64,000 nt of DNA from an archaeon. Its GTDB lineage: Archaea; Thermoplasmatota; Thermoplasmata; Methanomassiliicoccales; Methanomethylophilaceae. The position numbers were made by a program, and so were the translations under genes. Every line of letters begins with the position of its first letter. The stretch's first letter is position 1. Under the pieces are notes generated by a model. It was not told where the DNA came from, made no database searches, and saw nothing but the letters and a program-made list of their open reading frames with translations. The DNA lies in the NCBI GenBank assembly GCA_024399275.1, contig JAKSHS010000003.1, positions 413 to 64,412 on the forward strand, given 5' to 3'. Of this stretch, positions 41,617-49,894 are shown in pieces.

Positions 41617-41814
41617 TATTTTTATTGTGATTTAGAGCATCTTAGTTGAAATGATTGTGAACGATTGATGTTTATGTCTTCTCTGTGCACTGGCCGCAGA
41701 TTCATTCGGTAAGTGTAAGAAGAGAATGAAGTAATGGAGTGACATATTTCGGTGGAAGCAGGCATTTTTTGAGACAATAATGGCGTTGTAGTTACGTTTT
41801 CTACGATTACTAAA

Positions 41815-43044
41815 TTACTTGTCATTGAAGTGCTCATAGATTTGAACTGGGGCGGATGTTGTGCAGAATTTCTCTGATCCAAGTTGCCCGTATTCATTAT
41901 TACCCATTCCGTAGAGTTTTCCATCTGCGATGAAGAGTGTTGTGTGGCCACTGTGCCAAAGATTAGTAACTTTGCCAAGTTTTTTACCAATTTGCATTGG
42001 CCTAGTAACACCCTTAATATTTCCTACTCCGAGTTGCCCATCTTCGTTATACCCTGTGCCGTAGAGTTTTCCATCTGCGATGAAGAGTGTCGTATGATCG
42101 CTACACGCAACATTTGTAACGTCCCTGATGTCTCCACTTACAAGCGTTGGTTCAAAAATTTTCTGGATATCAACCGAGCCAAGTTGTCCTTCTCTGTTGT
42201 CCCCCATTCCGTAGAGTTTTCCATCTGCGATGAAGAGTGTTGTGAGATTGTTGCATTGTACGTCAGAAATGTTTCCTAATTCCTTGCCGATTTGTGTTGG
42301 TAGAAAAATCTTACTTGTATTCTTTACACCGAGTTGTCCTTCTCTGTTGTCCCCCATTCCGTAGAGTTTTCCATCTGCGATGAAGAGTGTTGTGTGGCCA
42401 CTGTGCCAAAGATTAGTAACTTTGCCAAGTTTTTTACCAATTTGCGTTGGCGCGTGTATTCTTTCGAAGATGTCTCCTAGACCAAGCTGACCATAAAAAT
42501 TGTCCCCCATTCCGTAGAGTTTTCCATCTGCGATGAAAAAAGTTGAGTTGCTACTGCAAGAGACACTGACTATGTTTTTTGAATTGTGAATCAATGTTGG
42601 CCTAGGAATATCATCAGCGTTTTGAACGCCTATTTGATTGCGTTGATTGTCCCCCATTCCGTAGAGTTTTCCATCTGCGATGAAAAAAGTTGTACTGTAA
42701 CTGCACGAAATATCGGTAATTGTTCCAAGATCTTTTCCAATACAAGTGGGTGCAGGGACGTTTTCAAAATACCCTAAACCAAGTTGTCCTTCTCTGTTGT
42801 CCCCCATTCCGTAGAGTTTTCCATCTGCGATGAAAAAAGTTGTACTGTAACTGCACGAAATATCGGTAATTGTTCCAAGATCTGAACCGATTCTAGTTGG
42901 CATAATAACTTTTTTAGAGTTTCTAACGCCGAGTTGCCCGTATTCATTATTACCCATTCCGTAGAGTTTTCCATCTGCGATGAAGAGTGTTGTGTGGCCA
43001 CTACACTGTATTTTCACATTAAAAACCACGATACTGCTCACCAA
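41815..43044 (-). CDS. RCC1/BLIP-II-like beta-propeller repeat protein (8 repeats)
   Basis: Eight ~50-aa units of type xxSxxTTxFIADGKLYGMGxNxxGQLG...P; start codon uncertain (TTG 43044 or GTG 43041); no signal peptide. Confidence 0.85.
   Translation of the reverse strand: MVSSIVVFNVKIQCSGHTTLFIADGKLYGMGNNEYGQLGVRNSKKVIMPTRIGSDLGTITDISCSYSTTFFIADGKLYGMGDNREGQLGLGYFENVPAPTCIGKDLGTITDISCSYSTTFFIADGKLYGMGDNQRNQIGVQNADDIPRPTLIHNSKNIVSVSCSSNSTFFIADGKLYGMGDNFYGQLGLGDIFERIHAPTQIGKKLGKVTNLWHSGHTTLFIADGKLYGMGDNREGQLGVKNTSKIFLPTQIGKELGNISDVQCNNLTTLFIADGKLYGMGDNREGQLGSVDIQKIFEPTLVSGDIRDVTNVACSDHTTLFIADGKLYGTGYNEDGQLGVGNIKGVTRPMQIGKKLGKVTNLWHSGHTTLFIADGKLYGMGNNEYGQLGSEKFCTTSAPVQIYEHFNDK
41879..43002. repeat. 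Intragenic tandem array, 8 units of ~150 bp, with invariant 26-bp core CCGTAGAGTTTTCCATCTGCGATGAA
   Basis: Core starts at 41909, 42059, 42209, 42359, 42512, 42659, 42809 and 42959; longer identical blocks shared between subsets of units. Confidence 0.92.
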
Positions 43045-43423
43045 AGGTCACTTTAATGGCGCTAGGAGCACCTGGGATAGGAATACTCTACGTAGGAAAA
43101 TATTTTATGTGATTTTGTGAAGTTGAAAATTTGATTATAGAATATTTGCGTTGGTCACAGTTATATTGATAATTGGGGGATTACAATTATTTGAATGAGA
43201 GCCGTATCTGGTATCGGTAGAATTGAGGTTTGACGATAAAAGGAAGGTCGTAGCAAATATGGATCTGTATGACGATACGTAAACTGTGTTTTATGTTAGC
43301 TTATGTGTGATGTGAGTATGTCCAATAACTGTTTTGAGATGATGTTAGATTAATCAGAATCTCTTAGGAGATTGACGATGCCGTTATATTTACGGTTATA
43401 TCTGAGCGTACAGGTGAGGTACA

Positions 43424-44236
43424 ATGACAAAACCAATGATTAGCGAGGAAGATCTCAAGTTAAGTGAGAATCTTAGTAAGATAAAGCACGTGATAATTAT
43501 TATGAGCGGTAAAGGTGGCGTAGGGAAAAGTACTGTATCATCAAACATAGCCATGGCGCTCTCTATGAGGGGATATCAAACTGGCATCATGGATGTAGAT
43601 ATAACAGGACCAAATATTCCAAAAATGTTTGGTATTGAAGACGAGCAGCTGGATGTCGCAGACGAAAAGCTTGTTCCAGTGCTGGTGCCACCATCTTTAA
43701 AAGTTATTTCAATGGCATTCCTTCTTCCAAGTAAAGATTCGGCGGTTATGTGGAGAGGCCCTGTTAAAATGACAGCTATCAAGCAATTTATTGGAGATGT
43801 TGTTTGGGGGGATCTCGATTACTTAGTTGTAGATATGCCTCCGGGAACTGGTGATGAAGCCATTTCTATTGCACAGCTTATGCCAAAAGCAGATGGGACG
43901 ATCATTGTTACAACGCCTCAGGATGTAGCACTCTTAGACGCAAGAAAGTCAATTACGTTTTCAGCACAGACTAAGATCCCTATTCTTGGCCTTATTGAAA
44001 ATATGAGCGGATTCGTTTGTCCTCATTGTGGAGAGAAGACGGATATTTTTAGATCTGGCGGAGGAGAATTAACTGCAAAGGATCTTAATATTCAATTTCT
44101 CGGCTCAATTCCTATAGAGTCTGAGATTGTGACATCGGGAGATTTGGGAATGCCAATAATAGTTAATAAACCAGATTCCGAATCGGCGAAGTCGTTTAAT
44201 GACATTATTGATAAAATAATTAAGACGGTGGAGTAA
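43424..44236 (+). CDS. mrp: Mrp/NBP35 (ApbC) Fe-S carrier ATPase
   Basis: SGKGGVGKS, WRGP, DMPPGTGD, TTPQ, ENMS...CPHC. Confidence 0.93.
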   Translation: MTKPMISEEDLKLSENLSKIKHVIIIMSGKGGVGKSTVSSNIAMALSMRGYQTGIMDVDITGPNIPKMFGIEDEQLDVADEKLVPVLVPPSLKVISMAFLLPSKDSAVMWRGPVKMTAIKQFIGDVVWGDLDYLVVDMPPGTGDEAISIAQLMPKADGTIIVTTPQDVALLDARKSITFSAQTKIPILGLIENMSGFVCPHCGEKTDIFRSGGGELTAKDLNIQFLGSIPIESEIVTSGDLGMPIIVNKPDSESAKSFNDIIDKIIKTVE

Positions 44237-44281
44237 GAATAAGACGTGTGGTAGTGTGATAAGTGGCCAAATGGATATTTG

Positions 44282-44908
44282 TTACACTGCCCTTTTATTT
44301 CCCCATATAATTTTGTGAAGTTGAGGAAGAACTCTTACATTGAGATTCGATGCGATGATTTCTTCAGCTAGAGGTTCGATATCCATTCCTCCGACTGGCG
44401 TAAAGACTGATTCGCACTGCGGTTTATATTTATTTATAATAGATATTGAGTAATCGAGATCTGTTCCGTCATTGATTATAAATTTGAGTTGATCCTTTTT
44501 TCTGAGAAGACTGATATTGGAGAAATTCATTTTAGACTCCATCTGGGAGCTTGGACATTTTATATCCATGCTTATTATTATACTTTCAGATACGGGAACC
44601 TGCGATATGTCTATAGATCCGTTTGTTTCCAGGACTACAGCCTTATTTGCATCCATGAGTTTTTTTAAGAGTTCCAGGGCATCTCTCTGAAGGAGGGGTT
44701 CTCCTCCGGTAAGACATATGTCATTACAGTTTCCAATTATTGTCATGATATGATCTGTAGTTACCTCTGTGCCCTCTTCAAGCGAGGCATATTGTGTATC
44801 GCACCACGCGCATTTAAGATTACATCCTGCAGTTCTGATGAAGTATGTTGGAACACCAATCTTTTTTCCCTCACCCTGAATTGACTTAAATAGTTCGCAT
44901 ATTCTCAC
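44282..44908 (-). CDS. queE: 7-carboxy-7-deazaguanine synthase (radical SAM)
   Basis: SIQGEG, CNLKCAWCDT, TGGEPL, ETNG, QLHK.IW. Confidence 0.92.
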   Translation of the reverse strand: MRICELFKSIQGEGKKIGVPTYFIRTAGCNLKCAWCDTQYASLEEGTEVTTDHIMTIIGNCNDICLTGGEPLLQRDALELLKKLMDANKAVVLETNGSIDISQVPVSESIIISMDIKCPSSQMESKMNFSNISLLRKKDQLKFIINDGTDLDYSISIINKYKPQCESVFTPVGGMDIEPLAEEIIASNLNVRVLPQLHKIIWGNKRAV

Positions 44909-44912
44909 AATA

Positions 44913-45581
44913 TCACTCGTACTCTATCTCGTCTTTGTATCCTGCTTCTTGGAATCCTCTAAGACGAAGTTGACATGAGTCGCATTTTCCACATGCTTTC
45001 TCTTGACCTTTATAGCAGGACCACGTTAGATGGAGCGGTGCACCCAATTTTTTGCCGAGGCGTACGATATCTGCTTTTGAAAGTTTCATGATTGGTGTTT
45101 CGATCTTTATTTGATGACCTTCAACGCCCGCCTTTGTGCCAACAGCAAGCATTTTTTGAAACTGTTCAATAAACTCTGTGCGGCAATCTGGATATCCTGA
45201 ATAATCTACATTATTTACTCCTATATAGATTCTATCAGCTCCAATTGATTCGCATAGTCCCGCCGCAACTGACATCATTATGATATTTCTTGCTGGAACG
45301 TATGTGATTGGAATGTCAGAACCTATTAATTCGTCCCTGTTCGTTGGAACCATAATGTCTGATTTTGTAAGGGCTGATCGGAACATGCTAAGATCAATAT
45401 TAACTACGATGTGTTTGACTCCAAAGTACTTGGCAACGTTACTAGCAGACGCTAATTCTTTTGTGTGTTTCTGGCCATAACTGAAACTTAATGCTGTGCA
45501 TTCGTGGCCGCTGTTAGCAGCACATGCTAAAGTTACTGTGGAGTCTAAACCTCCAGATAGAAGAACTACAGACTTTGACAT
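44913..45581 (-). CDS. queC: 7-cyano-7-deazaguanine synthase
   Basis: SGGLDS, YGQ.H, YVPARN, YPDCR, TWSCY...CGKCDSC. Confidence 0.94.
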   Translation of the reverse strand: MSKSVVLLSGGLDSTVTLACAANSGHECTALSFSYGQKHTKELASASNVAKYFGVKHIVVNIDLSMFRSALTKSDIMVPTNRDELIGSDIPITYVPARNIIMMSVAAGLCESIGADRIYIGVNNVDYSGYPDCRTEFIEQFQKMLAVGTKAGVEGHQIKIETPIMKLSKADIVRLGKKLGAPLHLTWSCYKGQEKACGKCDSCQLRLRGFQEAGYKDEIEYE

Positions 45582-46057
45582 ATGCTCAACTCCTTTGTAC
45601 ACCAAACGGTTTGACCTCTTTCCTCATCAAGGCCCACGGATACATAGCGAATGTCGGTAGGGAAGCGCATAACTTCAACGATTTTGTTTACCATCAATGC
45701 TGCCATTTCTTCGACTGTGGTATTTGAAACATCAAGAAAAACGACTTCTTCCTTTGGAAATACGTATCTCTTTCCGCATGAAGCCACTTCTATCGAATTT
45801 TCTTTTTCAGAAAATTGGATGTGTTGTGATTTTGTGGGAAGAAGTATTCTGTGATCGAACCTTTCAACAAATTCTTTGAGTTTTGTTTTCAGCTCAACAA
45901 AATCCATGACCATTCCAAGCTCTCCAATTTCTCCCTCAAGCCTGAAGCGAAGTATGTATGAGTGCCCATGAAGCCTTGAGCACTTTTCATGCTTTGGTAT
46001 AAAATGACATGCTGAAAATCGAATTCCAGAATGCTCTCCGTCTATTTCTAGTATCAT
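45566..46057 (-). CDS. queD: 6-carboxytetrahydropterin synthase
   Basis: FSA.H, C.RLHGHSY, MDF..LK, DH. Confidence 0.9.
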   Translation of the reverse strand: MILEIDGEHSGIRFSACHFIPKHEKCSRLHGHSYILRFRLEGEIGELGMVMDFVELKTKLKEFVERFDHRILLPTKSQHIQFSEKENSIEVASCGKRYVFPKEEVVFLDVSNTTVEEMAALMVNKIVEVMRFPTDIRYVSVGLDEERGQTVWCTKELSICQSL

Positions 46058-46800
46058 TTATTATTCCTCACTAGTTTTATTGCAAGAGCGATTGAGTCTT
46101 CATAACTATCCTTTGCGCGTGATGTGTCTATGAATATCCTGTCGATATTTACCACTGGCGCACCAAGTGCTCTCACACCACAAATAAAATGTAAAGATCT
46201 GAAAATTATGTTTCCGGATATACCATCAGGGGCTATTATAATATCCGCATCACTGATTGCATTTTCAAGAAGTATTTCGGTGTGATATGCGTTGTATCCT
46301 TTTGTATTTAAAACTTGGACCAATTTTAACGCGTCGTGAATTGTCTTATCTACTTCTGGACATCGTCCCATGTCATCTTTTCTCCCACCGGACATTACAG
46401 CGATTTTTGTTTTTATTCCGACAGATTCCATAAGATTTACGCTTCGGGTTGCAAGTGCGTATTTCTGTTCTACAGTCCATCCTTCATCAATACCCACTGG
46501 TGCAGATATTATCAGTTTGCCGTTTTTTAATTCATATATAACTACTCTTTCCAAGTTATCAATTTTAAATATTTCTTTTAGTCTTGGAATAATAGCTGAC
46601 GATGACATGTCACCACGAACGGCAGCGTCGATTTTACAGTTGTAAAGATCTTCGATTAGTTTATTCGCATCTGTATATACAATAAGGGATTCTCCAAATT
46701 TTTCTTTAATTTTGATAGTTTTGTTGGATTTTCCATCCCATCCTATGCCAATTTTAAGGTCCTTTGGATCATATTCTTCAAAAAGGGTCTGACTAAACAT
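46054..46800 (-). CDS. mtxX: Methanogenesis marker protein 4 (MtxX)
   Basis: DAAVRG, PVGIDEG, SGGR..D.GR, PDGISGN..FR, DTSR. Confidence 0.88.
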   Translation of the reverse strand: MFSQTLFEEYDPKDLKIGIGWDGKSNKTIKIKEKFGESLIVYTDANKLIEDLYNCKIDAAVRGDMSSSAIIPRLKEIFKIDNLERVVIYELKNGKLIISAPVGIDEGWTVEQKYALATRSVNLMESVGIKTKIAVMSGGRKDDMGRCPEVDKTIHDALKLVQVLNTKGYNAYHTEILLENAISDADIIIAPDGISGNIIFRSLHFICGVRALGAPVVNIDRIFIDTSRAKDSYEDSIALAIKLVRNNK

Positions 46801-46854
46801 TTACGTGACTCATATGATTATTATATTTATTTCTGTACGCAACGGAGAAAATGT

Positions 46855-47850
46855 TTAATGATCTATCGATCTGATTGCATCAAATGTGTATTCGTCCCAT
46901 TTCTTTAAACCGAGTGCTATTTCCGCTTCCATAGGGGTTAGTATTGGTTTGCTATATCTCGAATAATCATCTATCGCGATTCTTGGACATGCGGTACTGA
47001 CAAATGCATCGACGTGATAGGCGATGAGATTTTGTGGTATAAGTTCGTTCATGTATGCTTTATAAGCTATTTTTCCAGATCTTTGAATTTCTTTGATAAT
47101 ATTATCGGCCACGGTATTCCTTTTTTGTCCTATTTTGCTGCACACAATGACGAGAAATCTCTTTGCATCTTTTGCGTCTTGAATTACCGCAAATCTTCTA
47201 CGAAGAATTCTATCTTTAGTTGTGTCGATATCTTTTAGTTCTCCAGTGAATGGATTGAAGACAAGTACTTTTTTTCCTGTATGTAGTGCTACGGTAAGTG
47301 GGTGAAAATTTCCTTCTCCGATGAAGATGAATGCGTCTACACATTGCGATGCCGATTCAGCAGAGCTACAGTTGCAACCTAATATTTGTCCGGGGTAGCA
47401 CGTTCTTCTATCTCCTTTTTCTATTACTACTTTTTTTCCGTGTTTCTCAAGAATTTCTTTAGCTTGTTCAATACACTCTATGTACTGTAAGGTTGTGAGA
47501 AGCCCGATCTTTTCGGGGATTATGTTAATATTTTTTTTGAGATTCTCTTTAATATCCGGGTGGCACAACGCCTTAACAAATAGAACGTCTTCTTCTGCCT
47601 GTAAACCGGGGATCGGAGAGTGTCCGAAATGGACCAATGCGTCTGCCAAATCCTTGAAATTATAGAGTATGTCACAAGACCCGTAGCATGGGTCTCCGGA
47701 TATGACAAAGTCGGCATTTGTGTTGATTGTCAAGAAGTCTACTATCTCAGTTGCCTTGGATTTTAATCCTTCTGGCATCTGGAGCGCAACGGAGTGGTAT
47801 TTCCCAGCTCGAATCCACGTAGCCACATATTCTAACTGGAGGTCGAACAT
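46855..47850 (-). CDS. dph2: Diphthamide biosynthesis Fe-S enzyme Dph2
   Basis: QMPEGLK, PCYGSCD, HFGH, GQILGC, G.FH, TACPR. Confidence 0.92.
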   Translation of the reverse strand: MFDLQLEYVATWIRAGKYHSVALQMPEGLKSKATEIVDFLTINTNADFVISGDPCYGSCDILYNFKDLADALVHFGHSPIPGLQAEEDVLFVKALCHPDIKENLKKNINIIPEKIGLLTTLQYIECIEQAKEILEKHGKKVVIEKGDRRTCYPGQILGCNCSSAESASQCVDAFIFIGEGNFHPLTVALHTGKKVLVFNPFTGELKDIDTTKDRILRRRFAVIQDAKDAKRFLVIVCSKIGQKRNTVADNIIKEIQRSGKIAYKAYMNELIPQNLIAYHVDAFVSTACPRIAIDDYSRYSKPILTPMEAEIALGLKKWDEYTFDAIRSIDH

Positions 47851-47851
47851 T

Positions 47852-48370
47852 TCACTGAACGAGACTTTGTCCTCTTTCAATTTCAATGTAGCACGGCGTG
47901 GGATACTTCATAGAAGCTTTCCATAGGGCAATTTTCGCAGCATTGAAAACAGTTGGTAGACAGGAAACAGTCATGATGGCCTGATTACGTTCTAACCTTG
48001 CCGCGGTACCAACATTTTTTCCAAACGCTTGACGCATTCCGCTTGAGACACGGTCTGCTCCTGCACCAGTTGCGAGCTTATTTTCTCTAAGAACAATATG
48101 TGGAAATGCTCTAAGTTTAAGGTGATAATTGGATACTCCTGCATCTTTCGTCAATATTCTATTTGCTGCAATACGTCCTGCTTCAAGAGAAGAATGTCTT
48201 ATCTGGACACGATTCTTGCATTTGAGTGTAAGTCGAACAGGAAACTCTGCCGTTAAATTACCCATGTCAAATTGACTAATTTTACTGTTGGGAACACCGC
48301 CCATATACTCCCTGCGAGCGTAAGCCATTCCTTTAATTTCTCTATACATTACTGCAGGTTTTCTTGCCAT
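47852..48370 (-). CDS. rpl10e: 50S ribosomal protein L10e (uL16)
   Basis: ARKPA.MYR, LEA.RI..N, PH.VLRENK.A.GAGADR.S.GMR..FGK. Confidence 0.95.
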   Translation of the reverse strand: MARKPAVMYREIKGMAYARREYMGGVPNSKISQFDMGNLTAEFPVRLTLKCKNRVQIRHSSLEAGRIAANRILTKDAGVSNYHLKLRAFPHIVLRENKLATGAGADRVSSGMRQAFGKNVGTAARLERNQAIMTVSCLPTVFNAAKIALWKASMKYPTPCYIEIERGQSLVQ

Positions 48371-48602
48371 CCGTATCACCGATGCGAGTGGTGAAGGAAA
48401 AACAGTCCCAAGTATTCACGGAGCTGCTCAGATCCTGTCCACGACACAAGGCGCCCCGACCACAACGTTAAATATAAATGTTCGCGTGGTCGCTTTGCGT
48501 AGTTGTATTTTTTGTCCTATCATTGGGTTATGTAAGCCGATTATAATCCCTTCATTGGGTCAATTATTCGAAAGACTTGCTAATGCAGTAAAAATTTTGA
48601 GG

Positions 48603-49703
48603 TTACGGTTTAAGCGAGCCAAAGTCATTTGCTGCTTTAACAAGGGCATCGATATTTTCTTGATAGGAAAAAGGTGGAACTTCGCAGGACGTCCCAAGAA
48701 TGAGTCCACTTTTGGTGTCTTTTCCATCTAAGAGTTGTTGCCTGGCTTGCTCATAAATCTTTTTTGGGTTTTTGAGAACGAAGAGTTTGGTATCCACTGA
48801 AGGCATAATCGTACATATGTTGCCATATGTCTTCTTCATTACTTTAGATGGGAACGGTTCTCTTTCCCAATACCCTATCTGCATTATTGTGAGAGGTGTA
48901 AAAACTATTTTATTTGTAAATAATGCGTAGTCATCTTTGTGGTTTCCGCAAAAGTGATAAAAAATTTGTGGACCAGCTCCTTTCGATAGGCATTTTTTAA
49001 CGAGCGATGATAATGCTGGGGGCGATATCTCTTTAATTGTTTCCGGAGACATTGTATCACTGTTTTCCAGAACAGCCCCGGTATTAATTAGAGCCATTCC
49101 GTACCTTCCGGCTAATGATTCTGCACCGGATACAGCAGTGTCTATGTATGCTTTAATGAGTTTTTTACATAAATCTAGCTCGGTTTGTGTCCACATGAGA
49201 AATTGTTCGATGCCACATAATTCAGCTGCGGATCCAATTGGTTCAGGACAATATGCTAGCGGAACAAACATTTTGCGTTTGTTTTTTTTAATGTAATCCA
49301 TTCCTCTGGTTAGAAGTTCATATGAATACCCTTTTTTTATTTCGTTGATGTCGGGAATGTGAATTTTATCTGCGTCTTCGGGATCTTTTACGATAGTATT
49401 GATGGGTACTGGCGCTGTGTAATTCATTGGTCTTAATCTTATTCCTAATTCAGGCAACCATGGATGGGCAAAGTAATATTTTGTAACGGGCAATAGGTCG
49501 TATCTTTGCTGAGCCTGTGCCAGGCAAACCACCGCCAATTCTGGATATGAATAGAAATCCCTTATTGTGTGGCCATACAGTACGGTAGAATGAGCCAGCA
49601 TCATTGGGTCTACAGGCACTCTATCAGCTATACCGCCAACAAAGGAGGCTGCATATCTTCTTTCGGCTCGACTTAGCCACTCGTCATTAATATTAAATTC
49701 CAT
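48603..49703 (-). CDS. UROD/MtaA-superfamily protein (putative corrinoid-dependent methyltransferase)
   Basis: DRVPV N-terminal motif; HFCG and distal CE.P zinc-ligand pattern. Confidence 0.75.
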   Translation of the reverse strand: MEFNINDEWLSRAERRYAASFVGGIADRVPVDPMMLAHSTVLYGHTIRDFYSYPELAVVCLAQAQQRYDLLPVTKYYFAHPWLPELGIRLRPMNYTAPVPINTIVKDPEDADKIHIPDINEIKKGYSYELLTRGMDYIKKNKRKMFVPLAYCPEPIGSAAELCGIEQFLMWTQTELDLCKKLIKAYIDTAVSGAESLAGRYGMALINTGAVLENSDTMSPETIKEISPPALSSLVKKCLSKGAGPQIFYHFCGNHKDDYALFTNKIVFTPLTIMQIGYWEREPFPSKVMKKTYGNICTIMPSVDTKLFVLKNPKKIYEQARQQLLDGKDTKSGLILGTSCEVPPFSYQENIDALVKAANDFGSLKP

Positions 49704-49705
49704 TC

Positions 49706-49894
49706 TTACCCACCAGATGCAACCTCTATAGCTTCGACCTCTTTTCCATCTTCTGGCACGGTATCAGAGGGGATTAAAATGCCATCGATTAGAAATAGAA
49801 AGGAGTCAGGGTTCAGATTAATGTTGATCACTGTGTCTAATATTGTGCCCTCAATATTGTATTTTTTGCCACCCAAATAAAGTATACTACTCAT
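49706..49894 (-). CDS. Ubiquitin-like sulfur carrier (SAMP/ThiS/MoaD family)
   Basis: 62 aa from ATG 49894; ends VASGG (diglycine). Confidence 0.82.
   Translation of the reverse strand: MSSILYLGGKKYNIEGTILDTVININLNPDSFLFLIDGILIPSDTVPEDGKEVEAIEVASGG

Noticed and set aside
41909-42984. CRISPR array interpretation of the eight 26-bp exact repeats
   Set aside because: Spacers are about 121-127 bp, keep the reading frame, are homologous to each other and encode RCC1 blades; no cas genes or leader are present
41815-43044. Diversity-generating retroelement template/variable repeat pair
   Set aside because: No reverse transcriptase in the window, and differences between units are block-wise rather than adenine-specific
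44282-46057. queCDE as a Dpd-type DNA-modification defence island
   Set aside because: No dpdA/TGT-like gene nearby; embedded in a housekeeping operon (rpl10e-dph2-mtxX); preQ0 for archaeosine is the simpler explanation
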